A model generated the notes under the pieces. The model searched no databases. It was not told where the DNA came from and saw only the letters and a list, made by a program, of their open reading frames with translations. Source: an uncultured Clostridia bacterium (GTDB lineage: Bacteria > Bacillota > Clostridia > UMGS1810). From it: 64,000 nt of DNA. The position numbers were made by a program, and so were the translations under genes. Positions 18,294 through 25,098 of the stretch are shown piece by piece; positions within the stretch are counted from its first letter, which is position 1, and every line of letters begins with the position of its first letter. The stretch is taken from the NCBI GenBank assembly GCA_934463115.1, contig CAKSIN010000010.1, positions 3,239 through 67,238 on the forward strand, read 5' to 3'.

Positions 18294-19256
18294 ATGAAAA
18301 TACCTATCGGACGCGAAAGCGCCGTACAATTGTTTGAAAACTGCCTTGCCGAAAACAGGCTTGCGCAGTCATATATTATAAATGCTCCTGCCGGTATGGG
18401 CAAAAAGATATTTGCAAACTGCGTTACGGAGATGACTGTGTGTTCTGACCACAGTGCATGCGGCGAGTGCGCGTCGTGCAAAAGCTTTGCGGCGCATGCT
18501 CATCCGGATGTAATTGAGGTAAAGCGTGATGAGGACAGGGCAACCCTCGGTATTGACTCGGTGCGTGCAATTCTTGGAGAAGTGTATATTCGTCCGGCTA
18601 TGTCGGATTACAAGGTTGTGATTGTTCATGAGGCTCATCTGCTTACCGCCGAGGCACAGAATGCCATGCTCAAGGTGATTGAGGAGCCGCCGCGCGGAGT
18701 GGTTTTCCTGCTGCTGTGTGACAGTGTGTCGCCTATATTGCAGACGGTTAAATCGCGTTCGGTGACAGTTAATCTCCGACCTCTTTCGGCAGATGAACTG
18801 CGGACGGCAGTCGGCAGTGATGCCGGTGATTTTGAAATCGGATTTTGCGGCGGCAATCCCGGTAAACTGCGGAATTTGATGTCCGACAGTGATTTTTCCG
18901 CGCTGAGGAACGAAACGGTTGATTTGTTTTCGAAAGCTCTCGGCGGCGGTGCGGCGAATGTGTATGACTTTGTAAATTTCTTTGACGGAAACAAGGAAAA
19001 ACGGGAGGAAATATTTGATATTGCGCTTTGCCTTGCACGGGATGCTGTGTACAAAAAACTCGGCATTGCCGAATATATGATAAATAAAGATAAAATACAA
19101 CAGATAGGTGCATTCACATCGAAAACCGATACTGGCGGATGTGTGCGTATTCTTGCGGATATGCTCGCGACAGTGCGCGACAGGGGCAAGAACGGCAACT
19201 ACACCATGGCGGTTACACAGATGCTTTTTGAATGCAGGGAGGTTATACATGGTTGA
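18294..19256 (+). CDS. holB: DNA polymerase III delta' subunit
   Basis: AAA+ fold with a Zn module (CGECASCKSF), plus AQNAMLKVIEEPP and SRS motifs. Confidence 0.85.
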   Translation: MKIPIGRESAVQLFENCLAENRLAQSYIINAPAGMGKKIFANCVTEMTVCSDHSACGECASCKSFAAHAHPDVIEVKRDEDRATLGIDSVRAILGEVYIRPAMSDYKVVIVHEAHLLTAEAQNAMLKVIEEPPRGVVFLLLCDSVSPILQTVKSRSVTVNLRPLSADELRTAVGSDAGDFEIGFCGGNPGKLRNLMSDSDFSALRNETVDLFSKALGGGAANVYDFVNFFDGNKEKREEIFDIALCLARDAVYKKLGIAEYMINKDKIQQIGAFTSKTDTGGCVRILADMLATVRDRGKNGNYTMAVTQMLFECREVIHG

Positions 19257-20118
19257 TGTAACAGGAATCAGATTTAAATCGCTTGGAAAAATATATTATT
19301 TCGATCCCGGTGAGTTTGAACCGAAATGCGGAGATAACGTTATTGTGGAGACATCGCGCGGAACGGAATACGGACATGTTGCAATAGCAAGAAAGCAGGT
19401 AGACGAGAGCGAAATAGTTCCGCCGCTTAAAAAGATAATCCGTATTGCAACACCGGAGGATGACGAGGTTGTACGTCAGAATAAAATAAAGGAAAAAGAG
19501 GCATTCGAAATATGCCGTGAGAAAATTGCCAAACACAATCTGGAAATGAAGCTTATTGAAGTTGAGTATACTTTTGACCATAACAAGATACTGTTTTACT
19601 TTACGGCGGACGGCAGAATCGATTTTCGCGAACTGGTGCGTGACCTCGCGTCGGTTTTTAAAACAAGAATTGAGCTGCGGCAGATAGGTGTGCGCGACGA
19701 AGCCAAAATGGTTGGCGGACTCGGAGTGTGCGGCAGGGTTCTTTGCTGCAATTCGTATATGGGAGAATTCGTTCCTGTGTCCATTAAAATGGTAAAGGAG
19801 CAGGGACTCTCGCTCAATCCCACAAAAATTTCGGGGACATGCGGCAGGCTGATGTGCTGCCTTAAAAACGAGCAATCGGTATACGAATCGCTTGCGGCGA
19901 AAACTCCCGGAGTCGGTTCGGTCGTTATGACTCCCGAGGGCAAGGGTGTTGTTGCGGATGTCAGCCTGCTTAAGGGCATAGTAAAAGTTACGATAGATTC
20001 CGACACCCAGAAAGAACAGATTGAATTTAAGGCAAAAGATGTAAAACTGCTTAAAAAGGGCAGAGGAAAACGGGAAGAAAAGGTGGATATGGAAGAACTT
20101 AAGCAGCTTGAAGACTGA
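19249..20118 (+). CDS. PSP1 domain protein (stage 0 sporulation YaaT/RicT-like)
   Basis: Start at ATG 19249 behind GGGAGG. PSP1 C-terminal Cys cluster (GVCGRVLCCNSY...GTCGRLMCCL). Follows holB, as in other Firmicutes. Confidence 0.85.
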   Translation: MVDVTGIRFKSLGKIYYFDPGEFEPKCGDNVIVETSRGTEYGHVAIARKQVDESEIVPPLKKIIRIATPEDDEVVRQNKIKEKEAFEICREKIAKHNLEMKLIEVEYTFDHNKILFYFTADGRIDFRELVRDLASVFKTRIELRQIGVRDEAKMVGGLGVCGRVLCCNSYMGEFVPVSIKMVKEQGLSLNPTKISGTCGRLMCCLKNEQSVYESLAAKTPGVGSVVMTPEGKGVVADVSLLKGIVKVTIDSDTQKEQIEFKAKDVKLLKKGRGKREEKVDMEELKQLED

Positions 20119-20287
20119 TTTTTTTCGAAATATCAATATTTTTTGCATAATTTCGTATAAATTAAAAAAAACTCTTGAAAATATAGTTTTTTTGTAGTAC
20201 AATATTGTCGGCGAATAAAGCCGAAAAAATGTTATCATTCGCGGCAATTGCCGATTGATATGATTATCGCATAAGGAGGTGTATCCA

Positions 20288-20458
20288 ATGGCATACGTTA
20301 TAAGTGAAGATTGCATCAGCTGCGGTGCTTGCGCAAGCGAGTGTCCCGTAGGCGCTATCTCGGAGGGCGACGGCAAATACGAAATCAACGCTGACGAGTG
20401 CATCGAGTGCGGTGCATGCGAAGGTGCATGTCCCGTAGACGCACCCCACGCTGAATAA
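20288..20458 (+). CDS. fdx: 2x[4Fe-4S] ferredoxin (56 aa, below the ORF-track length cut-off)
   Basis: AAGGAGG RBS. MAYVISEDCISCGACASECPVGAISEGDGKYEINADECIECGACEGACPVDAPHAE has two CxxCxxCxxxCP motifs. The 20264-20449 minus-strand ORF is its antisense shadow. Confidence 0.9.
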   Translation: MAYVISEDCISCGACASECPVGAISEGDGKYEINADECIECGACEGACPVDAPHAE

Positions 20459-20472
20459 TTTTGATAGCGATT

Positions 20473-20500
20473 AAAAGAGGCTGCCGACGCAGCCTCTTTT
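20473..20500 (+). terminator. Rho-independent terminator of the ferredoxin gene
   Basis: AAAAGAGGCTGC-CGAC-GCAGCCTCTTTT: 12-bp stem and 4-nt loop with a T-run in the descending arm. Confidence 0.8.
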
Positions 20501-20541
20501 GAGTAGGAGACATTTATTTATTACGGAGAGCATAGACAATT

Positions 20542-21225
20542 ATGGAAAGAATAGACGATTTGGGAATAGGCGGACTCAGACTTTTGCAGGACACGGATTT
20601 GTTTTGTTTCGGAACAGACAGTGTGCTTTTGAGTGATTTTGTCCGTGCCGGTACGCGTGATACCGTTGTAGACCTTTGTACGGGAAACGGCATAATCCCG
20701 GTGCTGCTCAGCGCCAAAACAAAGGCAAAAAAAATATACGGAATAGAAATATTAAAAGAATCGTTCGCACTTGCTGTGCGAAACACTAAACTCAATTCGC
20801 TTTCCGAAAAAGTTGAATTTATAAATGACGATATAAAGAATAAGGATAAATATTTCAGCAGCGGTTCAATAGAGGTTGTAACCTGCAATCCGCCGTATAT
20901 GAAGGTCGGAGCGGGATTTACAAATCCGGACGACTTAAAAGCTGCGGCACGCCATGAACTGTACGCCGATCTGGACAGTGTTGTGTCGTGCGCGGCATGG
21001 CTGCTTAAGTTCGGCGGCAGCTTTTATATTGTTCACAGAGCCGACAGGATGTGCGATGTTTTGTGTACAATGAGAAAGTATAAGATAGAACCGAAAAGGC
21101 TGACTCTTGTGAGTCATTCGCCGTATCACGAGCCGAGCCTGGTTATGGTTGCCGGTATGCGCGGCGCAAAACCGTCGCTGAAATTTGAAAAAACGATATA
21201 TGCCGGAATACACGGAGGTGAGTAA
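20542..21225 (+). CDS. tRNA (adenine-N6)-methyltransferase-like SAM-dependent methyltransferase (YfiC/TrmN6 type)
   Basis: SAM motif (VVDLCTGNGI) and NPPY motif (TCNPPYM). Confidence 0.75.
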   Translation: MERIDDLGIGGLRLLQDTDLFCFGTDSVLLSDFVRAGTRDTVVDLCTGNGIIPVLLSAKTKAKKIYGIEILKESFALAVRNTKLNSLSEKVEFINDDIKNKDKYFSSGSIEVVTCNPPYMKVGAGFTNPDDLKAAARHELYADLDSVVSCAAWLLKFGGSFYIVHRADRMCDVLCTMRKYKIEPKRLTLVSHSPYHEPSLVMVAGMRGAKPSLKFEKTIYAGIHGGE

Positions 21226-21226
21226 T

Positions 21227-22087
21227 TTGGAGTGCGGAACACTTTACCTTGTTGCAACGCCTATAGGTAATCTTAACGATATGACATATCGTGCGGTTGA
21301 CACACTGAAAAATGTTGATTTTATTGCCTGTGAGGACACAAGACATTCTCTGCGGCTGCTGAACCATTTTGACATACACAAGCCGCTCACAAGCTATTTT
21401 GAACATAATAAACGCGAAAAGGGCGAGTATATTATATCAAGGCTCAAATCCGGTGAAAGCGCGGCGCTTGTTACCGATGCCGGCACTCCGGCAATATCCG
21501 ATCCGGGTGAAGACCTTGTGCGGATGTGCATTGAACAAAATGTCAAAGTCGTTCCTGTGCCGGGATGTGCGGCACTTATTAATGCGCTCATTGTTTCCGG
21601 ACAGGATACGGGCAGGTTTTGTTTTGAGGGATTTTTGTCGGTGAACAAAAAGAGCCGTTCGGAGCACCTTGCGTTTCTCGCCGGCGAACGGCGGACTATG
21701 ATTTTTTACGAGGCTCCGCACAAACTGCGCCGTACTTTGGATGATATGATCCGTACATTCGGCGGCGACCGCCCGGTAACGCTTGTGCGTGAACTCACTA
21801 AGCTGCACGAACAGATTATGTGCACAACTCTAAGCAAAGCCGCGCAGGTATATGACGGGGTTTCTCCGAAAGGTGAATATGTAATAGTGCTTGCCGGAAT
21901 GAGCGAGGAACAGGCGGCGAATAAGAGAAAAGAGGAATACTCGGATATAAGCATTATACAGCATGTTGACCGCTATATATCCGGGGGCATGACAAAAAAG
22001 GATGCTATCCGCGAGACTGCAAAAAGGCGCGGGCTTTCGCGCCGCGATGTGTACAACGAATATGAAAACGGAAGCAAAGGAGTGTGA
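21227..22087 (+). CDS. rsmI: 16S rRNA (cytidine1402-2'-O)-methyltransferase
   Basis: TTG 21227 lies 6 nt after GGAGGTG. Contains GTLYLVATPIGNL and DAGTPAISDPG motifs. Confidence 0.9.
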   Translation: MECGTLYLVATPIGNLNDMTYRAVDTLKNVDFIACEDTRHSLRLLNHFDIHKPLTSYFEHNKREKGEYIISRLKSGESAALVTDAGTPAISDPGEDLVRMCIEQNVKVVPVPGCAALINALIVSGQDTGRFCFEGFLSVNKKSRSEHLAFLAGERRTMIFYEAPHKLRRTLDDMIRTFGGDRPVTLVRELTKLHEQIMCTTLSKAAQVYDGVSPKGEYVIVLAGMSEEQAANKRKEEYSDISIIQHVDRYISGGMTKKDAIRETAKRRGLSRRDVYNEYENGSKGV

Positions 22088-22091
22088 CACC

Positions 22092-22964
22092 GTGAACAAG
22101 CAGGGATATGTGTACAAATCAATGGAAAAATACAGGCGAAAATTTGCTCTGATATGCGGAGTAATATTTGTACTTTGGGTGTTGTTTACGGTTGCAAAAT
22201 GGCCGTATATACGCACGAAAATGTTTGGTGCAGTTGCACTTGACGAATCGGAGTATTTGTCTGAAACGGGAACAAAAACGCTGACCGAACCGCTTGTGCT
22301 GGATCGTCATGAGACAAAAGAACCGACGTCGATATATTCCAAACAGAACAGCTATTGGCAGGACGGCAGGTATCTCTTTAATATGAACATAAGCAATATT
22401 AAAGAAACTGATGTTGAGTTTACCTCAATTCTTGAGGTTTCGTCATCTCAAAAGCTGGAGTACCCCACTGCCGTAATCTATACTGCCGATCTTGCCGGGA
22501 AAACCACTGTAATAATAGCTGAGCCGGAGCAAAAATTATCCGACAATATTCAAGGTTACCTTGTGGAACCGCAAAGAGCGGTTTTGTCCCGTCTGTCGGA
22601 AAATATGAAAGACGGCGACAAGCTTGTCCTGGCAGATTGGTTTATTGACTGCCGTAAGATTGATATGGGGCTTGATTCCACGGATTTGCATATTTCGTTT
22701 TTGATGCTGATGGTTCTGATTCTTTTGCTTATTCGTCTGGCACAGGAATATATCAATCCGCTCAGCACACCGACGTACCGGCAGCTTTCACGCTACGGCA
22801 ACATAACCGATATAGCCGCCGAAGTCGACAGAGAGGTAGAATCCGCAGACGCATACACAGAGGACGGAAAGTTTATATGCGAAAACTTTATCATTGAAAA
22901 TGATACTTTCAAAAAGAAAATTACGCGTAATCATATGGTAAGTGATGAAAAACGACATTCATAG
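22092..22964 (+). CDS. Hypothetical membrane protein (two predicted TM segments)
   Basis: GTG 22092 follows AAAGGAG. Hydrophobic segments are FALICGVIFVLWVLFTVA and ISFLMLMVLILLLIRLA. No recognisable family. Its TAG stop is completed by the first base of the adjacent repeat element. Confidence 0.5.
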   Translation: MNKQGYVYKSMEKYRRKFALICGVIFVLWVLFTVAKWPYIRTKMFGAVALDESEYLSETGTKTLTEPLVLDRHETKEPTSIYSKQNSYWQDGRYLFNMNISNIKETDVEFTSILEVSSSQKLEYPTAVIYTADLAGKTTVIIAEPEQKLSDNIQGYLVEPQRAVLSRLSENMKDGDKLVLADWFIDCRKIDMGLDSTDLHISFLMLMVLILLLIRLAQEYINPLSTPTYRQLSRYGNITDIAAEVDREVESADAYTEDGKFICENFIIENDTFKKKITRNHMVSDEKRHS

Positions 22965-23235
22965 CCGAAGGAGAGTAACCCGAACCCGCCTGAAAAGGCA
23001 TAATTTCGGCATCTTTTGGCTTGTCATCTTCGCAAGGCGACAGCCTTGCTTCATCTTCCGCACCAAAATCTGTTCAAAATTCTATCCTTTTCAGGTCAAA
23101 GAATTTTGAGAGAACGGATTTTTGGTTGCGCAAGGCAAAAACGCAGGTAATCCTTTGTGGATTACCGAGTATTTTAACACAGCGAAAGCGGAAATCCGTC
23201 TCTCAAAATCGGAGTTCGGATTATTCTCTTTTGGC
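22964..23235. repeat. Structured repeat element, copy 1 (272 bp, TA flanks, 24-bp terminal inverted repeats)
   Basis: The termini 22962-22985 and 23214-23237 pair over 24 positions (20 Watson-Crick, 3 G:T, 1 mismatch). Internal helices are 22989-22998/23086-23095, 23014-23019/23063-23068, hairpin 23032-23049, 23103-23121/23192-23209 and hairpin 23146-23166. Homologous in reverse orientation to 57472-57746. Confidence 0.75.
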
Positions 23236-23237
23236 TA

Positions 23238-23260
23238 GGCATGTGGGAGTCGAACCCGAT
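23238..23260. repeat. Solo terminus of a further copy of the same element
   Basis: GGCATGTGGGAGTCGAACCCGAT matches the reverse complement of the copy-2 right terminus (GGCATGCAGGAGTCGAACCC) at 19/20 positions. It starts directly after the TA that flanks copy 1. Confidence 0.6.
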
Positions 23261-23307
23261 ACAGCGGTAAAGAAACGGTAAAAAAATAAAAATTTTGAAA
23301 AAAACGC

Positions 23308-23336
23308 TTGACTTAGCGTATATTTTGTATTAAAAT
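23308..23336 (+). promoter_or_regulatory. Sigma-A-like promoter of the atp operon
   Basis: TTGACT (23308-23313), 17-nt spacer, TAAAAT (23331-23336). About 100 nt upstream of atpB. Confidence 0.55.
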
Positions 23337-23434
23337 GAGGGCATGAAAATTGTTAAAAAAAAGACATACTCGGGCGGTAACGCGTAAGCGGTGCCGTCTG
23401 TAAATATTTTTTTGAGGAAAAGAGGTTTGGCTGT

Positions 23435-24226
23435 ATGAGTAAAAAGAGACGGACTGTCAGTCTGATTGTATTCATCGGCGCGGTTTTGATTTTGCTCGCG
23501 GCAATTATAGCAGTTCCGTCCGCCAAGGATTCTTCCGAAACTATTCAGTCTGTAATGCGCGACAGCGTGCTTCACGAGGAACGCAAGATTAATTTTTTCG
23601 GAATGGCGGTTAACCCCGGACTTGTTTCGGCGTTTACGGTAACGGGAGTGTTTTTGGTTTTTGCACTCTTTGTGAGATTGTTTGTTATTCCGAAGTTTAA
23701 GCTTGTTCCCGGAAAGTTTCAGCTTGTTCTGGAGCAGGCAGTGGGACTTTTTGATTCGCTCGCGAAAACGAGCAGTCCAAAGATGAACAACTTTCTCGGG
23801 GCATATATTTTCACAGCAGGTGCGTACATATTTGTGGGAACGCTGTTTGAACTTACAGGTGTGCAGGGGGTTACCGTATCGGGTAAGCCTATTGACCTGC
23901 CGGCTCCACTGTCCGACATAAACGGTGCCATTACAATGGGATGCCTGTCGTATTTAATTATTATGTCGGGCGGATTTATCCGCAACGGGTTCAAGGGTAT
24001 CGGCAAAACGCTCAAGGATTTTTCACTTCCGATATCAATGAGCTTCAGACTTTTCGGTGCACTGCTCAGCGGCGCACTTGTAACAGAGCTTGTGTATTAT
24101 TATACGGCGCTCAACTTTGTACTGCCGGTAATAGTCGGTGTACTTTTTACACTTATGCATGCACTCATACAGGCATATGTGTTAACCATGCTTACGGCAC
24201 TTTTCTACGGAGAAGTTTCCGAGTAA
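23435..24226 (+). CDS. atpB: F0F1 ATP synthase subunit a
   Basis: 263-aa polytopic protein with the conserved Arg region (SMSFRLFGALLSG) and the C-terminal HALIQAYVLTMLT motif. Confidence 0.9.
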   Translation: MSKKRRTVSLIVFIGAVLILLAAIIAVPSAKDSSETIQSVMRDSVLHEERKINFFGMAVNPGLVSAFTVTGVFLVFALFVRLFVIPKFKLVPGKFQLVLEQAVGLFDSLAKTSSPKMNNFLGAYIFTAGAYIFVGTLFELTGVQGVTVSGKPIDLPAPLSDINGAITMGCLSYLIIMSGGFIRNGFKGIGKTLKDFSLPISMSFRLFGALLSGALVTELVYYYTALNFVLPVIVGVLFTLMHALIQAYVLTMLTALFYGEVSE

Positions 24227-24258
24227 ATACATCATTATACAAATGGGGGTAATTCAAA

Positions 24259-24588
24259 ATGAAAATGAAAAAGAATGTTAAGAGGATTTTTGCAATAGTT
24301 ATGCTTGTGCTGATGTTTTCGGCAATGAGCACTGTGGCATATGCCGCAAACGGTGACGCTTCGGCTACAGGTTCAAAGGCTCTTGCAGCCGGAATAGCAG
24401 TCGGCCTTGCAGCTGCCGGCGGTGCAATAGGTATGGGTGTTGCAATAGCAAAATCGGTAGACGGCATTTCACGTCAGCCCGAAGCCGACGGAAAAATCCG
24501 CACAAGCCTCATGCTCGGACTTGTATTTGTGGAAACGGCAATTATATATGCACTTATCGTAGCTATACTCGTTATATTTGTACTCTGA
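24259..24588 (+). CDS. atpE: F0F1 ATP synthase subunit c with an N-terminal signal-peptide-like extension
   Basis: The C-terminal 75 aa form a canonical c hairpin (GIAVGLAAAGGAIGMG...SRQPE...LVFVETAIIYALIVA). The first ~30 aa (MKMKKNVKRIFAIVMLVLMFSAMSTVAYA) look like a signal peptide. GGGGGT RBS precedes ATG 24259. Confidence 0.85.
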   Translation: MKMKKNVKRIFAIVMLVLMFSAMSTVAYAANGDASATGSKALAAGIAVGLAAAGGAIGMGVAIAKSVDGISRQPEADGKIRTSLMLGLVFVETAIIYALIVAILVIFVL

Positions 24589-24604
24589 TCGGCAGGTGAA
24601 CAAT

Positions 24605-25093
24605 ATGAATATACCGCTTAATGTTGATTGGCATCAGATTCTTTTGCATCTGTTCAACTTTGTGATATTGTTTGGAATACTTTATTTTCTGCTGTATAAA
24701 CCCACGAAAGATTTTATGCAAAAGCGTGCGGATTACTATAAGAAAATGGACAGCGATGCGAACGAAAATCTCGAAAAAGCCAAACAGGCAAGGCAACAGT
24801 ACGAAGCTAAGCTGGGCGAAGCCGAAAAAGAGGCATCCGAGCTCAAAACCGCTGCTGCAATTAAGGCAGACCGCGCGGCAAAGAAGCGTATTGAGGATGC
24901 AAAGGATAAGGGCAACAGAATTATAGAAGACGCTAAAAAAGCTGCCGAAGCTCAAAAAGACAAAATTCTGCTTGAGGCAAATTCCGAAATAGAAAATATG
25001 GTATCGGCAGCAATAGACAAAGCTATGGCATCTACCGGAGTTAACACCGGAAATTCGTTTGACGAATTTTTGGATGCCGTTAAAAAGGAGTGA
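24605..25093 (+). CDS. atpF: F0F1 ATP synthase subunit b
   Basis: Start at ATG 24605. One N-terminal TM segment followed by a long charged helix rich in A, K and E. Confidence 0.85.
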   Translation: MNIPLNVDWHQILLHLFNFVILFGILYFLLYKPTKDFMQKRADYYKKMDSDANENLEKAKQARQQYEAKLGEAEKEASELKTAAAIKADRAAKKRIEDAKDKGNRIIEDAKKAAEAQKDKILLEANSEIENMVSAAIDKAMASTGVNTGNSFDEFLDAVKKE

Positions 25094-25098
25094 CCGAT

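Noticed and set aside
20264-20449. 61-aa minus-strand ORF from the track.
   Set aside because: It is the antisense shadow of a textbook 2x[4Fe-4S] ferredoxin gene on the plus strand (20288-20458), which has a strong RBS and terminator.
23233-23260. Minus-strand tRNA 3' fragment (GGGTTCGACTCCCACATGCCTAGCCA) as an integrase attachment-site remnant.
   Set aside because: No matching full tRNA lies in the window, and the T-stem does not pair. The same sequence type forms both inverted termini of the 272/275-bp repeat family, so it is better explained as an element terminus.
23021-23281. 86-aa ORF across the structured element upstream of the atp operon, and 111-aa ORF 57456-57791 across copy 2.
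   Set aside because: Both run through the repeat elements on opposite relative strands, so they cannot be a conserved protein. They have non-ATG starts and no RBS.
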